A stretch of 64,000 bases of DNA from a virus. The stretch covers positions 64,001 to 128,000 of the IMG/VR virus record IMGVR_UViG_3300045004_000088; one strand, given 5' to 3'. The translations under genes were made by a program, and so were the position numbers. This document shows, one piece after another, positions 17,812-27,563 of the stretch (position 1 is the stretch's first letter; each line of letters starts with the position of its first letter). The notes under the pieces were generated by a model, which saw nothing but the letters and a program-made list of their open reading frames with translations, made no database searches and had not been told where the DNA came from.

Positions 17812-18234
17812 TCAAGAGTGGAGCATTCTGAGGTTATCCGCATCAGTGCGGCTCTGCAAGATCTGTTCTTCGAGGAAGATTTCGATGACGCGGCCGTTTA
17901 CGCCGCCGAGTTGTTGCGCCTGTTCGAGCCGCTCGACGTAGTTCGCGACCACTTCGGTTTCCATGTCGTAGGCGTACTTGACAGCGGTCTTCGGGTCGTC
18001 AAAAACGGGCATGCCCTTCGGGATCACGGAGATGTGACCGCCGAGTCCGATGATGAGGTCTTGGAACTGCTGGACGTGTTTCATTTCGCTCGCGGCCTCG
18101 TCCAAGAACAGTTCCCGAATCTCTTGCCTGTGCAGCCCGATCAGCGTAGCCGAGTTCTGGAGGTAGAACATCATGTGACCCATCTCGTTTGCCAAGTCGT
18201 TTTGCAAAAGGCCGATCATCGTCTTCAAGTCCAT
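17812..18234 (-). CDS. ferritin-like / bacterioferritin-like protein
   Basis: ATG at 18234. NDLANEMGHMMFYLQNSA and EAASEMKHVQQFQDLIIGLGG parallel the bacterioferritin di-iron helices (ELIAINQYFLHARM; EE..EMKHADKLIERILFLEG). Confidence 0.55.
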   Translation of the reverse strand: MDLKTMIGLLQNDLANEMGHMMFYLQNSATLIGLHRQEIRELFLDEAASEMKHVQQFQDLIIGLGGHISVIPKGMPVFDDPKTAVKYAYDMETEVVANYVERLEQAQQLGGVNGRVIEIFLEEQILQSRTDADNLRMLHS

Positions 18235-18329
18235 CGCCGAACCTCCTTCAAATGCGTTGCAGTGCAACTAGATAAGCAATCGAGGCAGAAAGATCCTCAA
18301 TTATAGAGACGTTTCCAAACAGGAGAACC

Positions 18330-20255
18330 ATGCCAACAACTCCCTCCAAGTGGCGGGGTCAGTACAAGTCGCTCAAGGAATACTACGACAACGTGGTCTA
18401 CACCAAAGACGATCACGAGGTCGAAGCCCGGCCGGAACTATTGGGGCAGAAGAAGTTCCCGGCCGAATACTTCGAGTTCGACCGCTTCCAGTACGCAATC
18501 GACCCAGACGAGACGATGGAAGAGGTCGATGCTTACTCAAAAGCGAGACAAGACCAAGAAACCATCAAGTGTAAATACAGCTTTTCCTACTGGTGTCAGA
18601 AGTACGTCAAGATTCTTCACCCGATGAAGGGTTTGATCCCCTTCATGCTCTACAAGTACCAGAACAAGGTAATCCGCGACTACGAAAACAACCGCTTCAA
18701 CATCATCTCGAAGTTCCGGCAGGGTGGGCTGACGACGGTGACGCTGATTTGGGGTCTGTGGCGGGCGCTGTTCCAGACCGACCAGCAGATCATGTTGCTG
18801 TCCAAGACAGACCGCGAAGCGACGGACATCGGGATGATCGTGGACCGCGTCGTGGAATACCTGCCGTCGTGGATGAAGCCGGACAAGAATGCGGGCAAGT
18901 GGAACGACCACTTGAAGCAGATCAAAGAAACCGGCGGCGCTCTCAAATTCTACTCGCCGGAAGCTGCCCGTGGTAAGTCGGTGACGTTTCTCATCATTGA
19001 CGAAGCGGCCTTCATCGACAACATGGAGTCGCACTGGAAGGCTATGTGGCCGGTGCTTTCCACAGGTGGTAGCTGTACGCTCGTGTCAACGGTTAACGGC
19101 CTCGGTAACTGGTACGAAGAAACTTTCCACGGGGCCAAAGAGGGTCGAAACAAGTTCCACGTCATCGAGTTGGACTACTGGGAACACCCCGATTACAACG
19201 ATCCGGTTTGGGTTGAAGACCAGAAGGCACAGCTTGGCGAACGCGGTTTCGCCCAGGAAGTTTTGCGTTCGTTCCTCGGCTCCGGTGAAACGTATATTCC
19301 GCCGCACATTCTGGCAGAACTCGACCGCCAGACACGAGATCACACGCCGATCCGCAAGGCGTTCAAACAGTGGACGAACAAGGCGACTCGTGCCGAAGAC
19401 GTTGAAGCAGTCAAGGGACTGGCGCGGAACGAAAAAGAGATGGAGAAGTTGGACAATACGCCGGGGCTGGTGGCGTTCCAGCGTGGCGCGTTGTGGATCT
19501 GGCGAGAAGCCATCGAGGGTCACGAGTACATCGTGTCCGCTGACGTGGCCGAAGGTATGGGCGAGAACGGCGACAACTCCAGTTTCCAAGTCATCGACTG
19601 TGCGACTCTGGAGCAGGTGGCCGAGTTCTACTCGAACACGGTGCCGCCCTACATCTTCGCCCAGATTCTGAACGAGATCTCGTTGTACTACAACACCGCG
19701 TTACTCGTGGTCGAAGACATGGGTCCGGGTGTTGCCGTCTTGAGCAACCTTCAGAATGAGTTGTTCTACGAGAACATGTACTACGACGAGAAGGGTGCGA
19801 AGACCGGCAAGGCCGGCATCAAGATGTCTCGCGTCAACCGGCCGATCATCCTCGAAGCTCTGCAACAGCGAATCTTGACAGGCACGGTACAAATCAACTC
19901 TCGCCGTCTGGTCCGCGAGTTGAAAACGTTGGAGTATAACCCGACGACGAAACGTGCGGAAGCTCAGAAGGGCAAGCACGACGACGCGGTCATGGCGTTG
20001 GCAATGGCGCTCTACGTCCGCGACCAGATCATGCGGGACATCCCGATGGGTGCCGACGTACCGAGCGAAGTCATGGACACCTTCAAGAGTCAGACTTACG
20101 AAGACATCAAGAGGGAGATTCTCGAAGGCGCTCCGAAGAACTGGATCGAAGAGGCACCCGACTTCTTGGCGGGCGAGCGTGGCGGCATATTGCCGGGCAT
20201 CATCCTGAACCACCGACGCAAATTCGACACACTGCTCAAGGAATTCGGCTGGTAA
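18330..20255 (+). CDS. terminase large subunit (T4 gp17-like)
   Basis: AGGAG precedes the ATG. ISKFRQGGLTTV is Walker A-like and TFLIIDEAAFI is Walker B. The 641-aa length and its position heading the head module fit. Confidence 0.8.
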   Translation: MPTTPSKWRGQYKSLKEYYDNVVYTKDDHEVEARPELLGQKKFPAEYFEFDRFQYAIDPDETMEEVDAYSKARQDQETIKCKYSFSYWCQKYVKILHPMKGLIPFMLYKYQNKVIRDYENNRFNIISKFRQGGLTTVTLIWGLWRALFQTDQQIMLLSKTDREATDIGMIVDRVVEYLPSWMKPDKNAGKWNDHLKQIKETGGALKFYSPEAARGKSVTFLIIDEAAFIDNMESHWKAMWPVLSTGGSCTLVSTVNGLGNWYEETFHGAKEGRNKFHVIELDYWEHPDYNDPVWVEDQKAQLGERGFAQEVLRSFLGSGETYIPPHILAELDRQTRDHTPIRKAFKQWTNKATRAEDVEAVKGLARNEKEMEKLDNTPGLVAFQRGALWIWREAIEGHEYIVSADVAEGMGENGDNSSFQVIDCATLEQVAEFYSNTVPPYIFAQILNEISLYYNTALLVVEDMGPGVAVLSNLQNELFYENMYYDEKGAKTGKAGIKMSRVNRPIILEALQQRILTGTVQINSRRLVRELKTLEYNPTTKRAEAQKGKHDDAVMALAMALYVRDQIMRDIPMGADVPSEVMDTFKSQTYEDIKREILEGAPKNWIEEAPDFLAGERGGILPGIILNHRRKFDTLLKEFGW

Positions 20256-20285
20256 CTCAGATAACAGAAACGAATCCGAGGACGC

Positions 20286-21164
20286 ATGAACTTTTTTGAA
20301 GACTACCTCAATCGAAAAGAAGAAACCGAGATCAACGTCGAGATGGGCGAGTACATCCAGGCGGTGTTGTCGCACGTCCCGACCCATAAGGAATCCGAAG
20401 AGTCTTTGCTGATGCAGATCGAAGACTCTTCGGACAACCTCGCGGCGTTGATCGCGGCGGCGAGCAAAATCCCTCAAAAGCTCAATCTGGTTCCGAGCGG
20501 GCCGGCGGCGGGCAAATTGCGTGTGATCGTGAACGGCGGGGAGAGTCCGCTGACGTGGAACCCACACGGCGTGATCAAACAAACGGCCATGAACATGGGC
20601 CGGCTCGGACGCCTCGTTCAAATGGCTAAGGACAGTGTCCCCAACTGGGGCGGTTCCAAGATCGTCATCATGCCGTCGCTCGATGCTTTCCCGGCGAGTG
20701 ACGGCATCGTTCAACTCAACCGCTGTGGGTGCGGGAAGTCTTTCAAGGCCGGCATCCACAACAAAGGCTTGAAACTGGTAGGGCCAGAAGACGACGATGA
20801 TTCTGATCTGGCCGGTTTGATCGACAAACTGAAAAGCGGCTTCGAGTCGAAACCCAAATTGGTACGTCTGGTATTTCACGCCCCGAAGTCGATGCGTGGG
20901 AAGCTAAAAAAAGCCGGGCGCGAAATCGCCGTGCTTCGCAAAGCGTTCATCCCGGCGGTGCCGATGAAAAAGCCGAAGAAGGACAGCAAAAAGAAAGACG
21001 AAGGGCTAGATTTGTGGAGGGTCCGCGTTGACGAACGGTTCGTCGGACTTCCCATCAACGAAACGTATTGGCCCATCGAAAACGAACCGCTCGAAATCCT
21101 CAGCCTCGAACTGATTGAAAGCGAACCCCAAAAGGAAGAAAGACATGAAGACCAACACAACTGA
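20286..21164 (+). CDS. hypothetical protein
   Basis: 292-aa ORF immediately after terminase. It has a K-rich stretch (KKPKKDSKKKDE). Confidence 0.4.
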   Translation: MNFFEDYLNRKEETEINVEMGEYIQAVLSHVPTHKESEESLLMQIEDSSDNLAALIAAASKIPQKLNLVPSGPAAGKLRVIVNGGESPLTWNPHGVIKQTAMNMGRLGRLVQMAKDSVPNWGGSKIVIMPSLDAFPASDGIVQLNRCGCGKSFKAGIHNKGLKLVGPEDDDDSDLAGLIDKLKSGFESKPKLVRLVFHAPKSMRGKLKKAGREIAVLRKAFIPAVPMKKPKKDSKKKDEGLDLWRVRVDERFVGLPINETYWPIENEPLEILSLELIESEPQKEERHEDQHN

Positions 21165-21501
21165 CACCAAGCGTCTGATCCAGCAGGCTCTTGCTACGAT
21201 GCCGGCCGACAATGCGTTGTCCGAAGCTAGGCACCACTTGCGAGCCGCCCTAAACCACGTTGATCACGTCGAACAGAAACGACTGCGGCGTGAGGCGGTT
21301 CAAAAGCAAAACCAGATCAACGAGCAGTTCAAGCGAATGGGTAACGTTCAGGGCAACCCGCAAGCACTGAAAGAAACCATCGCGGCGATTGACGACATGA
21401 TCAGCAAGGAACAGAAGAAACTGGAAGAGATCGCAAACCGGAAGAAGTCGCGTCAACAGCAACCCGACGACGCTGACGGCGACGAAATGCTCACCGGGTG
21501 A
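21145..21501 (+). CDS. hypothetical basic protein
   Basis: ATG at 21145 (MKTNTTDTKRL...). The product is Q/K/R-rich and probably helical. Confidence 0.35.
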   Translation: MKTNTTDTKRLIQQALATMPADNALSEARHHLRAALNHVDHVEQKRLRREAVQKQNQINEQFKRMGNVQGNPQALKETIAAIDDMISKEQKKLEEIANRKKSRQQQPDDADGDEMLTG

Positions 21502-22099
21502 TCCGTTCGAGTGGCAGACTTTTGAGATAGTACAGGTGACGTTCGTAACAGTCTTCGCACCACGCCTCATCGCGGCCGAGACTTGTTTTACTTGTCGGCC
21601 GCATCGCCTGAAACACTTTCGGATCAAACTCGGCCTCTTCTTTCAGACCGAGAAATTTGGAGAGCGGCGTGACGTATTCCCCGCTCTCCAAGTCCTCGTA
21701 TGTCAAGAGCATACCCGTCCCCACCCTCTTGGCGATTTCGCACATTCTTCTGAGCCGGTAGCAGTAGTACATCGCCGCTTCATGCGGCCTGTAAACGCCG
21801 TTTTGCACCATCAGTCCGATTGACGGTTCCGGCCGTCGCAACACGAACAGGTAGTGGGCGTGCGGGGCAATGTTCTTGGGGCCGAGTTGGAAATTGTGAT
21901 TGATCTCCATAGCGTACATCGCCGCGAGCGAGTTCATTTTGTGGGGACTGGACGTGATAGCTTGGAGGTCGGTGTAGTCTCTTATTGATGTCTGGGTGTT
22001 GGCGAACTGGACCCGTGGGTTGTGGTTCAGCAAGCTCAACAGTTGCAGGGAACCAGAACCGAGATGAGATACCGCCAGGAGAACGCGCTTGACTGCCAT
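21491..22099 (-). CDS. possible sulfotransferase-fold protein
   Basis: Weak resemblance only. AVSHLGSGS may be a P-loop-like 5'-PSB motif, and FVLRRPEPS resembles the RDP 3'-PB motif. Confidence 0.25.
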   Translation of the reverse strand: MAVKRVLLAVSHLGSGSLQLLSLLNHNPRVQFANTQTSIRDYTDLQAITSSPHKMNSLAAMYAMEINHNFQLGPKNIAPHAHYLFVLRRPEPSIGLMVQNGVYRPHEAAMYYCYRLRRMCEIAKRVGTGMLLTYEDLESGEYVTPLSKFLGLKEEAEFDPKVFQAMRPTSKTSLGRDEAWCEDCYERHLYYLKSLPLERITR

Positions 22100-22183
22100 T
22101 TTTAACTCATTTGGGTTTAGGGTGAGCTATATACATGAGCGTGAAAACGCTAACTGTATGACAGCACGAGATAAAGGAATGAA

Positions 22184-24742
22184 ATGACACCAGTTTGGGC
22201 AGACTTTTTCAAGATCTTCACCTACCAGTTCGCTCCCGACCCCTACAGCAGACGGGCGAACACACGCGACCTTTCGGGTGCCGGCGTAACACAGCCGGAC
22301 GCCATCCCGATGATGGGGCCGGACGGCAGCATGTCCGGCAGCGGCGACTCCCGCCTCGTCAGGTTCCGCGATACCAATGAAATGATCGACCTCTCGTCGG
22401 TCAGTAACCGCCAATCACGATACAAGGAATACCAAAGACTTTTGGGCGTCCCAGAGATCGACCGCGCGTTGACAGTGTTCGCAGACGAAGCCTGTCTCGC
22501 GGGGTGGACGAAGGTGCAAACGCCACATGGCGAATTCACAATCGAGCAACTCGCCAAGACGCGGGCCAACGACCGCTTCCTCGTCTACTGCTACGACCAC
22601 AAGGCCGAGGACTACACTCTTGGGTGGGCTTACGCTCCGAGGAAAACCAAGACCGCCAAAACGCTTCAACTGGTCTTCGACAACGGCAAAATCCTGACGC
22701 TCACACACGACCACCGGATCATGACCGGCAAAGGAACATACGTTCAGGCTAGTGATGTGAAGATCGGCGATGAGATGATGCCGTTCTATCGGCTGCGTCC
22801 GAACCCCGAATTGAACAAATTGAAAACCGGGCAACAGCCGAGGATCTACTCGCACCGCAAAGGGTGGATCAACGAGCGGCAGTTCGTTGACGATTGGAAA
22901 TCCGGCAAGACTCAAGAGCGGTACGAGGAGGCCAACAAGATCTCCCGGCTCGCGGCCGGCGGCTTGGTCATGGAGCAGATCCTGAAACAGATCCCGCATG
23001 ATTGGAAGACGATCAAATTGCGGCTGGCGCGGACTGGCTTCACATACAAGGAGTTGAAGAAACTCGGCGAGAAAGAAAAAACCAGACGCATCGTTGACAT
23101 CCGGCCGGGGCCGGAAATTGATGTGTACGACATGAGCGTGGAGAAGCACGAGAACTTCTGCACAGACAGCATCGTGGTACACAACTGCCAGAAGGATGAG
23201 TTCGGCAACCTGTTTAAGATCGAGTGCAGCAACCGCGAGGTCGTTGAAGAGGCGAAGCACTTCTTCTTCCACCGTCAAATGTTGAACATGAACCGCAAGG
23301 CGTGGGCCGAGTTCAGGAAGCTGTGTTTGTTGGGCGACCTGTTCTGGGAGGCGATCATCAACCCGGAGCGGCCGGGCGACGGCATCGCGAACTTTGCCAG
23401 CTTGCCGGCCGAGTCGATGTACCGCATCGAAACAACGAAGGGCAAGCTGATCGAGTTCCAGCAGGCGCGAGAGGGGCCGGACTACAACGCCCTGGTCCGT
23501 GCGCCGATCATGCAGGCCAATGACGCCGAAATTGCACAAAGCACCGCCATTCGGTTCGCGCCGGAACAGATCGTTCACATCAGGATCGGCGACAACCGAA
23601 AAACGTTCTACCCGTATGGCGTCTCGCTGGTTGAACCCGCTCGCGGTCCAGCACACCAGTTACGTTTGATGGAAGACGCGATGTTGGTGTACCGGCTTTC
23701 GAGAAGCCCGGAGCGGCGTGTATTTTACATTGACGTTGGACAACTCCCACCGTTCAAGGCAGAGGCGTTTGTCGAGCGTCTGAAGGACCAATTCAGGAAG
23801 AAGAAGGTGGCGACCAACAGGTCGCCGTATCAAGGCGCGAACCAAGTGGAAGAAAGGTGGCACGCCCCGGCCGTGGACGAGGACTACTGGTTGCCGATTC
23901 GCGGCGACTCGCAGACCAAGATCGACACGTTGCCGGGAGCGCAGAACCTCGGCGAGATCGATGACGCCGTATACTTCCGTAATAAATTGTTCGTAGCATT
24001 GAACTTCCCTCCGAACTACCTGAGCAACGAAGACCCGAACGCAACGAGGATCACGTTGTCGGCTCAGGACGTGAAGTTCGCGAGGATGATCGAACGGTTG
24101 CAGGGCCACTTCGAGGACGGCCTGTGGGAAATGTTGGACAGACACCTGCAAATGATCGGGTATCCACCTGATGTGTACGACGACTTGGTGATCAAGATGA
24201 CGCCGCCAAGCGATTGGCGTGAACTGAGCCGTGCGGAGACGACGAACAACCGGGTGACGACGGCGAGCAGCCTGAAGTCGGCCCAGTTGATGTCGGACTA
24301 CGACGTTCACATTCGGTATCTGCGTCACTCCGAGGAAGAAACCGAGGAAATGATCGCGAGGCTAAAGATTCAGAAACTTGAGGAACTGAAGCTGCAAATC
24401 TTGGCACAGAACCCGCAACTATTGGGCGTGGGTACTCCGGGTACTGAAGGCCAAGACGGGCAGGAAATAGGATCTCAGGCCGGTGGTCCGAGTCCGATGT
24501 TGGGTGGTGACCCGGCAGCGGGCGGGGCTGGCGGTGCTGCACCGCCTCCGGGTGGTGGACTGGCGGCTGAGGAACCGCCGGAAGGTGGTCCTGGGAACGC
24601 GACACCGGACGCGCAGAAACCTCAAGGAAAGCCGCTCGCCGATCCTGAAGAAGAGGAGATCATGAAGTACGATCTCGAAATTCAGGACTACGACGCTGAA
24701 CAAGATGTGGAAGACATCGACTACAGCGTAAACAACGAGTGA
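22184..24742 (+). CDS. portal protein (T4 gp20-like), intein-containing precursor
   Basis: The extein aligns with T4 gp20. [33 protein letters not shown] parallels [74 protein letters not shown] parallels [42 protein letters not shown]. The C-terminal tail is acidic. Confidence 0.85.
   Translation: [852 protein letters not shown]
22493..23185 (+). mobile_element. intein (231 aa) inserted in the portal gene
   Basis: Block A is CLAGWTKV, starting with Cys. Block B is [11 protein letters not shown]. Blocks F/G are [12 protein letters not shown]...VVHN, followed by the +1 Cys (CQKDEF). The flanking exteins are continuous with the T4 gp20 alignment. Confidence 0.7.
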
Positions 24743-24779
24743 GCCAAACTTAAAAGGCACGCCCGCGATAGATAATGTC

Positions 24780-25859
24780 ATGGGCAAACACAACATCCTC
24801 GTAATTGACGACCGAGTCCCCGATCCGCACTTCGGGGCCGGCTTTCCGCGTGCCTACAGACTCCTGATGAGCCTGTACAAGCTCGGCCACAAAATCTGGT
24901 TCTATCCCAACATCAAGTCCAGCATCAAGGAGTTGAACGTTGAGAAGCTCAGAGAGTTCAACATCGAAGTCGTTTCCGACATCGAAACGGTGCCGGAAAC
25001 GATAGACCTGATCATCGTCTCCCGTCCCCACAATGCCCACTATTACCTCCCGCCGGCGCAGAAGCGACTGCCGCACGCCAAAACCATCTATGATACAGAA
25101 GCCCTGTGGTACAGACGGTACGACTTGCAACTGGCGTTCACGGGTCGTCTGCCGGGGTGGGCGTACCGTTACGACGAAATCGGCATGGCCCAAAAAGTTG
25201 ACCTGTGTTGGGTGGTCAACGACGAAGAGAAACAGATCCTCGAATCACACCAAGTCAAGAAGGTAGTCAAGCTCGCCCACGCTCTGGACCGCCACTGGGC
25301 CGGCGAGGACTTCAACTACCGCAAAGATTACTTGGTGGTCGGCGGGATCTTGGAGAACGATTCGTCCAACGAGGATGCCCTGTGGAACTACCTGAGCAAC
25401 GCATGGGAACTCGTCCGAGAACCCGGCATCAAAATGAACGTCACCGGCCAAGCGAGCGCGGACAGGCTGAACAATGAAGATTTCAAGAAACGGTTCTTCG
25501 ATGTGAACCTGATGGGACACGTTCCGAACCTGACCCCGCTCTACGAATCACACCGCGTGTTCGTCGCGGCGACACGATTCGCAACCGGCATCCCGTGGAA
25601 GGTACACGAGGCGATGGCAAACGGCATCCCGTGCGTGATCTCTCGACTGTTGGCGGATCAACTGAAGCTGGTGCCGGATCGGGACGCGATGGTTTGCGAC
25701 AACCGGGACGATTACTTCGAGAAGAGTCGCGAGCTTTACCACAACCGCAAGATCTGGCAGGACACGAGGCATCACGGGTACGAACTGATCAAGCGGGACT
25801 GCGACCCGCACAAGTTCATGAACGTGATTCAGGAATCAATTGATTCACTTTACGCCTGA
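24780..25859 (+). CDS. glycosyltransferase family 4 (GT-B, group 1)
   Basis: C-terminal RVFVAATRFATGIPWKVHEAMANGIPCVIS matches the GT4 E(G)FG..LLEAMA.G.PVI motif. Confidence 0.6.
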   Translation: MGKHNILVIDDRVPDPHFGAGFPRAYRLLMSLYKLGHKIWFYPNIKSSIKELNVEKLREFNIEVVSDIETVPETIDLIIVSRPHNAHYYLPPAQKRLPHAKTIYDTEALWYRRYDLQLAFTGRLPGWAYRYDEIGMAQKVDLCWVVNDEEKQILESHQVKKVVKLAHALDRHWAGEDFNYRKDYLVVGGILENDSSNEDALWNYLSNAWELVREPGIKMNVTGQASADRLNNEDFKKRFFDVNLMGHVPNLTPLYESHRVFVAATRFATGIPWKVHEAMANGIPCVISRLLADQLKLVPDRDAMVCDNRDDYFEKSRELYHNRKIWQDTRHHGYELIKRDCDPHKFMNVIQESIDSLYA

Positions 25860-26841
25860 CGACTTCTAGCAACTCGCGGTTGTTAGAAACGAACGAAGCG
25901 AAGCCGGCGGATTGCGTGCCGGCTTCGCTTTCTATTTGGTCGAACGCGGAATCAAAATCAACATCAATGTATTCGCCGCCATCGGAGAAACATTCGGTCA
26001 AAACTCCGTGACCGGCCGCTTCGACAAGCTTCCTGACCTTTCGAGTGAACCCGACGCTCATGATCGGCGTGTTGGCCGACATCGCGAAAACGTGCGAATG
26101 GAAACGCTGACAGACGGCGGCGTCCGAATCCGCGAGCAAGTCCACGACCTCTTGTGGTGAGAGCAAGTCGTTCACGCAGACCAAATCGTTGTTGACGTAA
26201 GACCTCAAGGACAAATGAACACGTCGGTCGTCGGCGTGGGCATCCCCCGAACACGGCACGCAAACCACTTGATAGCCGCGTTTCTGGAGGCTGGTGCAAA
26301 AGCGACCAAAGCTTTCCAAGAACTTCTGGCTCCGACGCCAGAACGTATCGTCTGACCGCACTCTGGATGGCATCATGTAATCCGTCAAGAAGACCGCCAC
26401 CACCGGCTTGTCTTTTGGTGCGTAACGAGACAGAACGTCTTCCCCACTGGGTTTGATAGCGAAAGCCAAATCAGGTGTGTACTCGACAACGCAGTTTGTT
26501 TTGTTGCGAACCAGATCGACATCTCTTTGGTTCCGTAAGAACCAAGCAGAGAATCCGGCTTGGGCGGCGAGATCGCTTTCCGACTCGTAGCCCAAGCCGA
26601 CGCCGAGGGCAATCTTGACGGGCGAGGCCGAGGCCGTGATGGTGGGTAGGTAGTAGGGGGTGACGACATCGCCGCCGCCTAGAACGATCACGTCCGGTGT
26701 GGGCGGCGGCGATTTGCGGTAAAGATCAATGTTGAAGAACCGCACTTCGTGTGCCTTGAAGAAGTTTGCGATGGCGGGACGAAAGGCTTCGTCCCCCACG
26801 TTCTTCATGTCGTAATACCCGACGACGTGTATCTGCATCAC
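25816..26841 (-). CDS. polysaccharide pyruvyl transferase family protein (CsaB/WcaK-like)
   Basis: N-terminal IHVVGYYDMKNVGDEAFRPAI matches the family signature GYYG..N.GDEAIL. Confidence 0.5.
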   Translation of the reverse strand: MMQIHVVGYYDMKNVGDEAFRPAIANFFKAHEVRFFNIDLYRKSPPPTPDVIVLGGGDVVTPYYLPTITASASPVKIALGVGLGYESESDLAAQAGFSAWFLRNQRDVDLVRNKTNCVVEYTPDLAFAIKPSGEDVLSRYAPKDKPVVAVFLTDYMMPSRVRSDDTFWRRSQKFLESFGRFCTSLQKRGYQVVCVPCSGDAHADDRRVHLSLRSYVNNDLVCVNDLLSPQEVVDLLADSDAAVCQRFHSHVFAMSANTPIMSVGFTRKVRKLVEAAGHGVLTECFSDGGEYIDVDFDSAFDQIESEAGTQSAGFASFVSNNRELLEVVRRKVNQLIPESRS

Positions 26842-27563
26842 TTGGCGTAGAAGTTAGGTGTTGCGGGTGTCTCTTCTCGTTCCGCCGCGTTCTGGGCGAA
26901 GTTGTTGTCGAAGTCGAAATCCTGAGTGCTAGTTTCGACCGGACCCTGAGTCACGCCCATTACAACCCCGGCGGCGTTCTTGGTGATCACGAGCGACGAT
27001 GTCTTCTTGATCACTTCGATACCGGAATTGTAGCCATATCCGTTCGGCTTGTAGCGGAAGTCTACGTCGATGGTGTACGGCATGACGACGGTTTGCGCCG
27101 GGTCGATGACCGCGTTGTTGTTGATCTGGGACTGGACGGCGTTGGCGAACCAGCCCGTGTCGATGTTGAGCTTGTCTTGGTCAACAACAAACCCGGTGCC
27201 GGCGATGCCGACCAAGTCGAGTGCGAAATCGCCGTCCTCGGTAACGGTGAGGCCGACGCCGGTGACTTCGCCGAAGTCCACGTTCAATTTGCAGTGCCGG
27301 ACGCTCAAGCCTTTGCCGGCGATTCTGGACGAGACCTCACACGGGTTGATGCACAACGCATCTTCTTTGAAGCCAAGACCGCCGCCGTCGAGCAGCTTGA
27401 GAATGAGTCTGCCCCATTCGCTAAATCCGAATCCGGCACCGGCGTCTATGGATAGCTCGCCGTTGCGTCCGCTCAGGCCGTCTCCAGCGAAGGCGAAGAT
27501 CGCTTCGGGAGGGAGTATAAGTCTGGTCACTATTCGTCTTGATTCCATTGCATCCTCGTTCAC
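26838..27563 (-). CDS. hypothetical Gly/Asp-rich protein
   Basis: 241-aa ORF. The start may be internal (MESRRIV). Confidence 0.35.
   Translation of the reverse strand: MNEDAMESRRIVTRLILPPEAIFAFAGDGLSGRNGELSIDAGAGFGFSEWGRLILKLLDGGGLGFKEDALCINPCEVSSRIAGKGLSVRHCKLNVDFGEVTGVGLTVTEDGDFALDLVGIAGTGFVVDQDKLNIDTGWFANAVQSQINNNAVIDPAQTVVMPYTIDVDFRYKPNGYGYNSGIEVIKKTSSLVITKNAAGVVMGVTQGPVETSTQDFDFDNNFAQNAAEREETPATPNFYAK

Noticed and set aside
19701-20879. 392-aa minus-strand ORF
   Set aside because: Antisense to the large terminase gene. The composition is R/D/L/V-biased. It is a shadow ORF.
22415-23656. 413-aa minus-strand ORF
   Set aside because: Antisense to the portal or intein gene, which is strongly supported by T4 gp20 similarity.
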